Part shown: one piece after another, positions 28,900 to 37,759 of the stretch
How positions within the stretch are numbered: the stretch's first letter is position 1
Layout of the letters: the number at the start of each line of letters is the position of its first letter
Source of the DNA: Myxococcales bacterium
GTDB lineage: Bacteria > Myxococcota_A > Polyangia > Polyangiales > Polyangiaceae
Direction of reading: 5' to 3'
Length of the DNA stretch: 64,000 nucleotides
NCBI GenBank assembly: GCA_043747615.1
Contig: JAYTOU010000060.1
Span: forward strand, 128,001 to 192,000
Position numbers and translations under genes: made by a program
Notes under the pieces: model-generated
What the model saw: the letters and a program-made list of their open reading frames with translations, nothing else
Database searches by the model: none
What the model was told of the DNA's origin: nothing

Positions 28900-29655
28900 A
28901 TGCCTAATCGCGCCACGTTGATCTCCACGATTGCTCTCGGTACCTGCGTTTACCTTTACGCGACGGGTGCCAACGCACAGAGCGCCTCGCCTGTGGTGAG
29001 CGCGAGCGCGCCGGTGCAGGCGCCGCAGGTGATGATCATCGTCGAGCAGCCTTCGCAGACCGTGGTGGTCGTGCCTCCCGCGAGCCAGCCCGCGCACCTC
29101 GAAGAGCCGAGGGCGCCGAGGGCGAAAGAGGAAGCGAAGTGGTACGGCTACCAGACGCTCATCGTCGACGGCGCGTCGCTCGGTCTCGTGCTTGGCGGAG
29201 CGGCGATGGCGAGTCACTCCAGCGGCAGCAGCGGCAGCAGCAGGAGCAACAGCGGCGGTGACAGCGGCGGTTCGGTGGCACTCGCCGGCGGCATCGGTTA
29301 CCTCCTGGGCGCTCCGATCGTTCACTGGATGCACGGACGCATCGGTCCCGGCTTCGGAAGCCTCGGCTTGCGCTTCGGGTTGCCGCTGTCGGGTTTGTTC
29401 TGGGGTGCGATCATCGGGTCCGCCGCTGACAGCCGCCATGACGACGGCATCGGCGCGGGCGCGGCGATCGGGTTCGTCGCCGGGATAGGCGGCGCGATAC
29501 TCCTCGATGCAGCGCTTCTCGCCTACGAGAAGCCGAGCGAGCGAGAGAAAGAAGCGTACGAAGAGGCCAAAGCGAAGCACCCCATTCGCTGGTTGCCGAA
29601 CCTCTCACCGCAAAAAGCGGGCGCGACCGTCGGCGTCTCGGGGGTGTTCTTCTAG
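28900..29655 (+). CDS. Secreted/membrane hypothetical protein (WYGxQTL type)
   Basis: Signal peptide ...GANAQS; KWYGYQTLIVDG; Gly-rich hydrophobic segments; C-terminal VSGVFF. Start uncertain (28807, 28876 or 28900). Confidence 0.7.
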   Translation: MPNRATLISTIALGTCVYLYATGANAQSASPVVSASAPVQAPQVMIIVEQPSQTVVVVPPASQPAHLEEPRAPRAKEEAKWYGYQTLIVDGASLGLVLGGAAMASHSSGSSGSSRSNSGGDSGGSVALAGGIGYLLGAPIVHWMHGRIGPGFGSLGLRFGLPLSGLFWGAIIGSAADSRHDDGIGAGAAIGFVAGIGGAILLDAALLAYEKPSEREKEAYEEAKAKHPIRWLPNLSPQKAGATVGVSGVFF

Positions 29656-29679
29656 GCCGGCGAGTTCTACGCTCGCTCC

Positions 29680-30270
29680 GTGGGGAGTCACTCGTGGATG
29701 ACGAAGCTCGCGTCGTTTTTCCGCGAGCTCGAGGCTCAGCAGCAAAGGCAGAGGCAGAAGCCAAACGATCCTTGGCGCACGTTCGCGCTCGAGCGCGAGC
29801 TCGACTACTCGACGAGCTACACCGACAACGAGATGCTTCTCCCCAAACGCAGAACGATGACCGGACCGGTGCACGGCATCGCGATGCGGATCGATCTCGG
29901 CAAGATCGCCAAGGTCTCCGCACAGACCGCGTCGGCGGGCGCTGGAAAAATGTGCGTCTATTCCGACAATATGTTGGTCGATATGGTGACCATCTCCGCC
30001 GAGGCCCTGCCCGACATGGGCGACGAAGATTTCGACGCCCACTTTTTCTTGCGCGGCACCGAGCCAAGGGTCGCCGAGCGACTACTGACAGCAGACGTTC
30101 GCCAAGCGCTGATGCGATTTCCCCTTGGAATTTGCCTCGATTACGACAACGGCGGGATCTCGGTCACCTGGTCAGGAGATGGCGTGATCGACGTCCTCGC
30201 CGTCGACGCAGCGTGCGACATCATAGTCGCCGCCTCGAGCACTCGCCCTTCGGCTGGCGCGTACCGCTAG
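29680..30270 (+). CDS. Hypothetical protein
   Basis: 196-aa ORF; GTG preceded by TACGCT at 6 nt; MGDEDFDAHFFLRG; ends AGAYR. Confidence 0.6.
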   Translation: MGSHSWMTKLASFFRELEAQQQRQRQKPNDPWRTFALERELDYSTSYTDNEMLLPKRRTMTGPVHGIAMRIDLGKIAKVSAQTASAGAGKMCVYSDNMLVDMVTISAEALPDMGDEDFDAHFFLRGTEPRVAERLLTADVRQALMRFPLGICLDYDNGGISVTWSGDGVIDVLAVDAACDIIVAASSTRPSAGAYR

Positions 30271-30285
30271 AAGACCGCCAGCGCC

Positions 30286-31650
30286 CTAGCGAGATCCGAT
30301 TCGGAAAAGAACGACCTTCACGGTGTCGAGGATGATCGAGAGATCGAAGAGCACCGAGTAGCTCTTGATGTAATAAAGATCGTATTGCAGCTTCTCGAGC
30401 ATGTCCTCGGCAGACGCGCCGTAGCGGCATCGAACCTGGGCGTGACCGGTGACGCCCGGCTTCACGTAGAGACGTTGCTTGAAGAATGGAACCTGCTGCT
30501 CGAGCTGCTCGATGAACACCGGGCGCTCAGGGCGGGGGCCGACCATGCTCATCTCGCCCTTGAGCACGTTCCATAGCTGCGGGAGCTCGTCGAGGCGCGT
30601 CTTTCGGATGAAGCGACCCACGCGCGTGATCCGGTCGTCGTTCTCTTTTGCGAACTGCGCACCCCCCGCCTCGGCGTCGGTGCGCATTGAACGAAACTTC
30701 AGAATCGTGAAGAGAGCGCCGAACTCACCCGCGCGGACCTGCTTGTAGAGAAACGGACCCGGTGATTCGAGCTTCACGGCGAGCGCCGTGAGAAGCATGA
30801 GCGGAGCTGCGAGGACGATGCCTACCCCGGCCACGACCACGTCGAGAAGGCGCTTTAGACGGCGCGTCGTTCCGCGGGCGCTGAAGCCCTCGGCGAAAAT
30901 GAGATGGCTCGGCTTGAGCTCGCGCACGAAGATTTTTCCGGTGGTGCGCTCGTAGAAGTTCACTCCCTCTTCGACCTCGACGCCGCGGAATTTGCACTCC
31001 AGAAGCTGATCGACGGGGAGCGTACCGCGGCGGTCCGGGTACGCGACGAGCACCAGTTCGATCTCCTGCCTGACGACGACTTCGTAGAGCTCGGAGTACA
31101 TGCCGATGACGCGGTCTTCCAGGCTCACGCTCGCGCGGTCGCGCGCCAGCATCCCCACGAGCTCCAGGCCTTCGCGTCCGTCGTCGATGAGCTGAGCGAT
31201 TTCTTTCGCGAGATCCCCGTTGCCGAGGATCAGCGTTCGTTGCATGAAGCCGGCGTTCGAGGCGACGGAGTTGTAGATGAGACGCCACGTCGGAACGATC
31301 GTCGCCGTGAGCGCGAGAGCGGTGAGGAAAATCCCGCGGCCGACCTCCATCGATCGAAAAACGTAGAACGTGACCCAGAGGATGATGCTCCCCAGCGCGA
31401 GCGCCTGAAGCACACGACTAAAGACGGCGCGCGGACTCTGCACGGCGCGCAGATCGTACATTCCAGCGTAGTAGGAGGCGCCCTGGAGGATGAGCGCCAC
31501 GAGGAGTGCTTTTTTTGCGATGTGCGGATAGGTGAGGCCGCCGTGCGTGCCGAGACGTACGACTGCCGCCATCATGACGAGGATAGCGATGAGCGCGCCT
31601 TCGAATGCGAAGAGAAGAAGGCGCCTTGGCGATCGAAATAGTTCGAGCAT
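30286..31650 (-). CDS. Polyisoprenyl-phosphate hexose-1-phosphate transferase (priming GT, WbaP/WcaJ family)
   Basis: 4 TM; KRLLD; KFRSMRTDAE; DDRITRVGRFIRKTRLDELPQLWNVLKGEMSMVGPRPERP; YDLYYIK. Confidence 0.93.
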   Translation of the reverse strand: MLELFRSPRRLLLFAFEGALIAILVMMAAVVRLGTHGGLTYPHIAKKALLVALILQGASYYAGMYDLRAVQSPRAVFSRVLQALALGSIILWVTFYVFRSMEVGRGIFLTALALTATIVPTWRLIYNSVASNAGFMQRTLILGNGDLAKEIAQLIDDGREGLELVGMLARDRASVSLEDRVIGMYSELYEVVVRQEIELVLVAYPDRRGTLPVDQLLECKFRGVEVEEGVNFYERTTGKIFVRELKPSHLIFAEGFSARGTTRRLKRLLDVVVAGVGIVLAAPLMLLTALAVKLESPGPFLYKQVRAGEFGALFTILKFRSMRTDAEAGGAQFAKENDDRITRVGRFIRKTRLDELPQLWNVLKGEMSMVGPRPERPVFIEQLEQQVPFFKQRLYVKPGVTGHAQVRCRYGASAEDMLEKLQYDLYYIKSYSVLFDLSIILDTVKVVLFRIGSR

Positions 31651-31670
31651 GAGGCGGCGGTATTCGGTTT

Positions 31671-32282
31671 TTAGGGAACGATGACGGTATCGCCGGACTG
31701 CAAGGCGAGGTTCTGCTGAACGTCTCCCTTTTCGACGACGGCGGAGAAATCGAATGGAATTCTCCGCTCACCGCGCGAGTCCCGGCGGACGATGACGATC
31801 CGATCCGGATTGGCGAAGCGGGTGAAGCCTCCAGCGAGCGCCAGACCGTGGAGCACGGTGACCTCGGAGTTGGGCGTGAACTCACCCCCCTTGTTCACTT
31901 CGCCGACGACGTAGATGCGATAGGAGTGAACCTCGCTCACCTGCACGTTGACCGGCGGTTGCTCCTGGAAAAACTGCTTCAAGCGGGCCTGAATGTCGGC
32001 CGTCACCTCGCTCACGGTGCGACCGTTCGCCGGGACGTCTCCGAGCAGCGGCATAGACACGGCGCCGTCGGGGCGCACCGTCACTTGCTGGCTCAGCTCG
32101 TCGTGCTTCCACACGCTGATTTTGAGCACGTCCCCCGGACCGACTTTGTAGCCGAGCGCATTTTCCGCAGGCCAATTGTAGGTAGGGGACGAGCTACAGC
32201 CCGCGGCCGCTACGACAAGAAGGAACGCGAGGAACGTGCTCGTTCGCTCGAACCATCGCCACGAAACTTTAGCGCCAGACAT
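31671..32282 (-). CDS. Short OPX (Wza-family) polysaccharide export lipoprotein
   Basis: Lipobox AAGC; YKVGPGDVLKISVW, VRPDGAVSMPLLG (PES), one SLBB; ends SGDTVIVP. Confidence 0.9.
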   Translation of the reverse strand: MSGAKVSWRWFERTSTFLAFLLVVAAAGCSSSPTYNWPAENALGYKVGPGDVLKISVWKHDELSQQVTVRPDGAVSMPLLGDVPANGRTVSEVTADIQARLKQFFQEQPPVNVQVSEVHSYRIYVVGEVNKGGEFTPNSEVTVLHGLALAGGFTRFANPDRIVIVRRDSRGERRIPFDFSAVVEKGDVQQNLALQSGDTVIVP

Positions 32283-32372
32283 AGTCTCTACCTATCACGC
32301 ATCACCACGATTGAGCGCGTGCGTGACGTTCGATGCTCCGAGCGCGCAAGCCGTTGGCGGGTTCTCGCTCAA

Positions 32373-33884
32373 TTACGGAGGGAGGACTTCGACCCGCGCC
32401 GGAAGCCGCCCGGAAAACGCGCGAAGGTGCTCGGCGAGCGGGCCTTCTTGCCCTGGATCGACCGCGTAAAACGAGATCGTGTCCTTTGCGCAGACGCGAT
32501 TTTCGCTGATTCTCCAGCGGGCAACGCGGTGCCAACCGCGGGGGATCGAGTCTGCGAACCACTCGTCGTAGACCACCGCCACCGCCGAATCCTGCGTGAG
32601 CTCCTCCACCTGCGCCCGGTCGAGCCCGCGATCGATCCGCATGCCCTTGGCGCGGGCAACGCGCATCGTCCCGAGTCCCATGAGATCCGTGAGGCGGACG
32701 TCGGTGAAATAAGCGACGGCGCCGATGTCGTTCACCGTCACCGCTCCGCTTGGGTAGTAGTCGCGGAGAAACGAGGCCGTCTGCACCTGCTGGTCGTGGA
32801 TGTTGCCGCTCGCCAGGATGGTGGTCTTGATGGCCCCGAGGCCGCGACCCACGATGGGAAGCGTGGCAAGCGCAAATCCGACAGCGAGCGGACGAAGCTC
32901 GTCGAGCCGCTCCCAGGAAGCGCTCCACAGCGCGAAGATTCCCAGAGCCATCGCGTACGCCTCGTAGCGGTACATCCAGCCGAGCTGCGCGAAGATCACG
33001 TGAAGCAGCGTGGTCACCGCTCCGAGAGCGAGCAAAACCTGCCTTTTTTCCCAGAGATCTGCGCGACGGGCGCGGACACCAATGGCGGCGGCGAGGAGCG
33101 CGAGAAGGACGAGTACGTGAGGATTCTCGACGAGCTTGCGGTAGACGACGAGCGGCGCGGTCGAGAGCTGCACGTCCGCGCGCTTCAGGAGGACGGAGGT
33201 CGGAAAGAAGAAGCCACCGTGCGCGAGCGAAAAGGCTGCCTCGGCGAACATCGGCGCGCATCCCGCCGCCAGAGTCACGAGGGCGAGCGCCCACTTCCGG
33301 CGAACGGCAAGGAAGCCCACGACCGGCGCGAGGAGAAAGAGAGACTCGTAGCGGACGGAGACGGCCGCGGCCGCGAGGAGCACGAGAGGAATCGGCCTCG
33401 GCGAGTCACCGGAGACGGCGCGCGCGCCTTCCATCGCCAAGAGAAGGACGAGGAGCGCGTGAAGCGTGTGCTCCATGCCGACGAAGACGAGGGGCACGAG
33501 CGGAACGAAGAGCACGAGCGAGAGGCACGTGGCGAAAACGAGCCTCTTGCCCGCGCCGGCGTGGTGCATCGCGTTTCCCGCTACCGCCACGAGCGCCGAC
33601 GCGCTGCCGACGTTCAAGGCGAGAGGAGCGAGCTCACCCGGCCCGAAGACGCGCCGGATCGCCGCGAGGAGAAGCGGCCACACGATCGACGACGACGCCG
33701 CGTTGAACTCGTAGGGCGTCACGCCGTAGACGCCGTGGTCCGCGATATTTTTGGCGATGGCCAGGTGGATGTACGCGTCGTCCACCGCGTACGTGAAGGC
33801 GCCGTCAGTGCGGATGAGGCACGCCCAGTAGACCGCGCCAATGAGAGCCCAGAGCACACCCAGCGGTGCGAGAGCAACTCTCAT
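32373..33884 (-). CDS. Polytopic membrane protein, GT-C-fold glycosyltransferase-like
   Basis: VDDAYIHLAIAKN after TM1, SSSIVWPLLLA, GMEH, RYE, DIGAVAYF, DLMGLG. Confidence 0.7.
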   Translation of the reverse strand: MRVALAPLGVLWALIGAVYWACLIRTDGAFTYAVDDAYIHLAIAKNIADHGVYGVTPYEFNAASSSIVWPLLLAAIRRVFGPGELAPLALNVGSASALVAVAGNAMHHAGAGKRLVFATCLSLVLFVPLVPLVFVGMEHTLHALLVLLLAMEGARAVSGDSPRPIPLVLLAAAAVSVRYESLFLLAPVVGFLAVRRKWALALVTLAAGCAPMFAEAAFSLAHGGFFFPTSVLLKRADVQLSTAPLVVYRKLVENPHVLVLLALLAAAIGVRARRADLWEKRQVLLALGAVTTLLHVIFAQLGWMYRYEAYAMALGIFALWSASWERLDELRPLAVGFALATLPIVGRGLGAIKTTILASGNIHDQQVQTASFLRDYYPSGAVTVNDIGAVAYFTDVRLTDLMGLGTMRVARAKGMRIDRGLDRAQVEELTQDSAVAVVYDEWFADSIPRGWHRVARWRISENRVCAKDTISFYAVDPGQEGPLAEHLRAFSGRLPARVEVLPP

Positions 33885-35224
33885 CCGCGCGCAAGCGTCG
33901 AGGCCTCGCGCATCACCGCTGCGAATTCGCCGGCGAGCGCATTCCGCGCGTAGCGCTCGATGCCGATCGGAGCGGCTTCGTTCAAGGGCTTTCCAGCGCG
34001 AAACGCGCGCAGCTTTTGCTCTAGAAAAGAAGCTATTTTAGCTTCGTCGCGCGGCGCAAGGACGGTGCCGAGGGCGTGCGTCGAGATGAGACGCGTGAGC
34101 GCGCCAGGAGGAGAGAGGGTGAGGCATGGACGACCGAGGTACATCAGCTCGAAAATCTTGGCGGGGTAGATGCGCTCCACGCCCGGCACGTCGTCGAGGA
34201 GACAGAGGACCATGTGGCTCGCCGATAGCTCGCGGAGAACTTGGGTGTGCTCGAGGTAGCCGAGCCTCTTCACGCCGAGCGCCTCCATGCCTTCGAAGGA
34301 ATCGAGCTCCGTGTCGACGATGCGCCCCATGAAGCGAACGTCGAGCAACTTGGCGAGCGCGGGCTCAGCGGCGTGCAGACGGCGAATCGCCCCGAGGAGC
34401 CCGCGCGCGCTCGTGAGCTTGAAAATGGTTCCGGCGTAGGCCAGGACGAACCTATCGGCGGGCGGATCCGGCAGTTTTTCCGGAAAATCATCGGCGTCGT
34501 AGCCGTTGGGGATGGAGTGCACGCGGCCCGGGTCGAGGAAGCGAAAGCGCGCCAGGAGGTTCTGTCGAAATTCTTCGGTGGCGGTGGTGACCGCGTGGGC
34601 GCAGCGCAAGAGCGCCGATTCCAGGGGATCACCCACCAGCGACGCGAGGCGACCGCCCATCATCTCGTAGGTCGCGCGGTAGGTGCTCCACTCGTCGCGG
34701 TAATCGAGGACGACCGCCGTCTTTCCTTTTGCCCGGGCCAGCGGCGCAAGGAGAAACTGGGAAAAAGGGGGTCCGCTGACGAAGACGACGTCGGTGCCGC
34801 TGCCTAGAAAGAGCTCGAGAAAAAGCGCGGTCTGAGCCGCGGGCTGCCACAGGATCTGAGGATCGGGCACGAGGAGCTGCTTGGCGACACCGCTCGCCGC
34901 GTGGACCAATCCTTTGCCGAAGCGCGCCAGCCCGGTCGGCGCAGTTGCCGTTGAGCTCGCGCTCCAAGCCGCTTGTTTCATTGCGTAACCGGGCTCGAAG
35001 GTCCGCGCGCGCAGGACGCCGAGGCCCGGCGGAAAATCGCGCTCGAGAGATGGATCGAGCACCGGCACGGAGGGATTGCTCACGGTAAGGACGCGCGGCG
35101 TGACCCCGTGCGCGGGAAGATATTTCGTCAGCTTGAGGACCCGCTGCACACCTGCCCCGCCCACCGGGGGAAATCCATACGCGATGAGGAGCGCTTTCAA
35201 TTGAGGCGCGGCGATGGAACGCAT
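33881..35224 (-). CDS. GT4-like glycosyltransferase
   Basis: FPPVGGAGVQRVLKLTKYL, SGPPFS, DYRDEW, IPNGYD, PAKIFE. Alternative start 35245. Confidence 0.85.
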   Translation of the reverse strand: MRSIAAPQLKALLIAYGFPPVGGAGVQRVLKLTKYLPAHGVTPRVLTVSNPSVPVLDPSLERDFPPGLGVLRARTFEPGYAMKQAAWSASSTATAPTGLARFGKGLVHAASGVAKQLLVPDPQILWQPAAQTALFLELFLGSGTDVVFVSGPPFSQFLLAPLARAKGKTAVVLDYRDEWSTYRATYEMMGGRLASLVGDPLESALLRCAHAVTTATEEFRQNLLARFRFLDPGRVHSIPNGYDADDFPEKLPDPPADRFVLAYAGTIFKLTSARGLLGAIRRLHAAEPALAKLLDVRFMGRIVDTELDSFEGMEALGVKRLGYLEHTQVLRELSASHMVLCLLDDVPGVERIYPAKIFELMYLGRPCLTLSPPGALTRLISTHALGTVLAPRDEAKIASFLEQKLRAFRAGKPLNEAAPIGIERYARNALAGEFAAVMREASTLARG

Positions 35225-35263
35225 CGCTTTTCGTTTACCATGCATCTAGGCAAGATGGCTCTC

Positions 35264-36340
35264 ATGACCGGCGACGTCCCTTTCCTCAGCATCGTGATGC
35301 CTTCGTTCAACGAGGAGGCGTACATCGAGACCTGCATCCGCTCGATCTTCGCTCAAGATTATCCACGCGATCGCGTCGAAATCCTGGTGGCCGACGGCAT
35401 GAGCACCGACCGGACGCGCGAAATTTTGCAGCGCCTCTCTGCCGAGGATCCGCGCGTGCGGGTAATCGACAACCCTCGCCGCATCCAAGCTCCTGGGATG
35501 AACGCGGCGATCGAAGCGTCGCGCGGGGACGTGGTCGTACGCATGGACGTGCACGCGGAGTACGCCAGCGACTACCTGAAACAGTGCGTCCACGTCCTCG
35601 AAGAGACGAAGGCCGACAACGTCGGAGGAGCCCAAAGGGCGCGGGCGAGCACGTGGTTCCAAAAAGCGCTGTGCGCAGCGCTGGAGAGCCCGCTCGGCGT
35701 CGGCGGCGCAAAATACCGCTCGTCGGAGAGCGAAGGCTACGTCGACACCGTCTTCATGGGTGCGTTCCGCCGCAAGGTATTCGAGACGGTGGGGCTCTTC
35801 GATTCCAACGCCATCACCAACGAAGATGCCGAGCTCAATCAGCGCCTCCTCGCCTCGGGCGGCAAGGTGTACTTGAGCAAGAAGATCGTCGTTCATTACT
35901 TTCCGCGCGACTCGTTCGCCAAGCTCGCCAAGCAGTATTTCAAGTACGGAAGCGGCCGCGCACGAACGCTCCTGAAGCACGGAAAGTTCCTCTCGCCCCG
36001 CCCCGCGATTCCGTTCTTGATGGTCACGAGCGGAGCAGTGCTGCTCGTCACCTCACCGTTTCAGCCCTTCACCGGGCCGGCGTTCGGCCTCTATGCGCTC
36101 GCCACCGGAATCGAAGCGGTGCGCGTGGGGCGCAAGGCAGGCATCCTCGCGATCCCCATCGTTTGGGCTATTTTTCCGGTACTTCATGCGTCGCACGGCG
36201 TGGGCTTTGCCGCCGGCTTGCTGAGGTACGTGCGCGCGCCAGACTGGTCGTCTAGCGAGGAGACGACGAGGCTCGCCGTCCGCGGCGCAACCAACGGCGC
36301 CCACACTTCGAGCGGAACTGCCCGCCTGCGAATGGCCTGA
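35264..36340 (+). CDS. GT2 glycosyltransferase (succinoglycan ExoA-like)
   Basis: SIVMPSFNEE, ADGMSTDRT, RMDVH, NEDAELNQRL, QYFKYGSGRA; C-terminal TMs. Confidence 0.88.
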   Translation: MTGDVPFLSIVMPSFNEEAYIETCIRSIFAQDYPRDRVEILVADGMSTDRTREILQRLSAEDPRVRVIDNPRRIQAPGMNAAIEASRGDVVVRMDVHAEYASDYLKQCVHVLEETKADNVGGAQRARASTWFQKALCAALESPLGVGGAKYRSSESEGYVDTVFMGAFRRKVFETVGLFDSNAITNEDAELNQRLLASGGKVYLSKKIVVHYFPRDSFAKLAKQYFKYGSGRARTLLKHGKFLSPRPAIPFLMVTSGAVLLVTSPFQPFTGPAFGLYALATGIEAVRVGRKAGILAIPIVWAIFPVLHASHGVGFAAGLLRYVRAPDWSSSEETTRLAVRGATNGAHTSSGTARLRMA

Positions 36341-36352
36341 CCGCACATTCCC

Positions 36353-37759
36353 ATGGGTTTTTTCGGCGCCGTCCTTCTCGTCTTCACGATCTTCGTCCGT
36401 CCGCAGGAGTTCGTGCCGTACCTCGCCGGCGTCGGCTTCATGAACATCGTGACGGCCATCGCCGTCCTCGGAATCCTCATCGAGTTCGGGATGGGAAAGA
36501 CGAAGTCGGCGTGGTCACCGCAGCTTCCGTACCTCGCCGCGTTCGTCGGCTGGTGTTACCTCGTCACGATCATCAAGGCCGGGCGGGGCGCACTCTCTCA
36601 CACGTACAGCACCGTCTTCATCTCCATGATCTTCATGCTGGTCGTGATGTACGGCGCGCGGACTTTCCAGCGCTTCATGGGGATGGGTGCTCTGCTTCTG
36701 GCGATTGGATGTTTTCTCGCGACGATGGGCATCATGCAGTCCGAGTCCGAGTTCGAATGCATCGTCATCTCGGCCGCAGACATCGAGGCCGGAGACAAGG
36801 CCACCGGTGAGCGCACCGGCAAGCGCTGCGTGGTCAGCGCCCGCGAGTGCGACGAAGAAGCGCTCAAGGACGGAAGCCAGGTGCTCGAAAATGGAGACGA
36901 GTACGCCTGCGAGAGGCCGGGTCCGTTCGATACATTTTCCGTCGCCCATGGGCGCGTGCGCTGGCGCGGGGTGCTCGCCGATCCCAACGAGCTTTCTCTG
37001 GCGATCGCCTCTTCGCTCGCGTTCGGCTTCGCGCTCTACAATTACGCCAAGAGCAAATGGCGCAACGTCGTCTTCGCCGTGGCGCTCGGCCTCGCCAGTT
37101 ACTGCATCGTCCAAACTCAATCACGCGGCGGCGTTCTCGTCTTGATGATGGTCTTCGCGGTGTACTTCGTGCGGCGTTACGGGTGGAAGGGGCTCGTCGC
37201 CGGTGCCGTCCTCGGCTCACCGGTGCTGCTCCTCGGTGGGCGCGAGGGAGAAGAAGCTGAGTCGTCGACGCTCGAGCGCATGGGCGCGCTCTACGAGGGG
37301 GTGAACTTCGTTCGCGAGACGCCGATCTTCGGCCTCGGACAAGGCCAGTTCGGCGAGCACTATTTCATCACCGCGCATAACTCGTATTTGCTTGCGGCGG
37401 CCGAGCTCGGTCTACCCGGCATGGTCCTGTGGTCGCTCCTCGTCTACGTCTCGATGAAGATCGCGTACACCGCGGCCTGGGGCGATCAGCCAATCGATCC
37501 GCGTATTCGCCCCTTCGCGATGGCGCTCTTCGTTGCGTTCTGCGGAATCATGGTGGGGATCATGTTCCTCTCGTTCTGCTACCACGCGCTGCTCTTCGTT
37601 TACTTTGGTCTCGCCGGCGCGCTCTACGGTGCGGTGAAGCAGACCTGTCCAGGCTTCAAGGTGAAGCTCACCGGCTATGACTACGGCGCGGTCATCGGTG
37701 CCGACGCGTTGATCATCTCGTTCCTCTTCGTCTACACGCGCATCAAAGGTGCACCATGA
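36353..37759 (+). CDS. O-antigen ligase/Wzy polymerase-family membrane protein
   Basis: RPQE, DPNELS, TQSRGG, PIFGLGQGQF, TAHNSYLLAAAELGLPG. Confidence 0.85.
   Translation: MGFFGAVLLVFTIFVRPQEFVPYLAGVGFMNIVTAIAVLGILIEFGMGKTKSAWSPQLPYLAAFVGWCYLVTIIKAGRGALSHTYSTVFISMIFMLVVMYGARTFQRFMGMGALLLAIGCFLATMGIMQSESEFECIVISAADIEAGDKATGERTGKRCVVSARECDEEALKDGSQVLENGDEYACERPGPFDTFSVAHGRVRWRGVLADPNELSLAIASSLAFGFALYNYAKSKWRNVVFAVALGLASYCIVQTQSRGGVLVLMMVFAVYFVRRYGWKGLVAGAVLGSPVLLLGGREGEEAESSTLERMGALYEGVNFVRETPIFGLGQGQFGEHYFITAHNSYLLAAAELGLPGMVLWSLLVYVSMKIAYTAAWGDQPIDPRIRPFAMALFVAFCGIMVGIMFLSFCYHALLFVYFGLAGALYGAVKQTCPGFKVKLTGYDYGAVIGADALIISFLFVYTRIKGAP

Noticed and set aside
29218..29270. agcggcagc short tandem repeats
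   Set aside because: Simply encodes a Ser/Gly linker
31848..33953. 701-aa plus-strand ORF (likewise 3380-5023, 49839-51164, 28054-29580 and 10088-11512)
   Set aside because: Each lies opposite a well-supported gene and has Arg-rich, motif-free sequence
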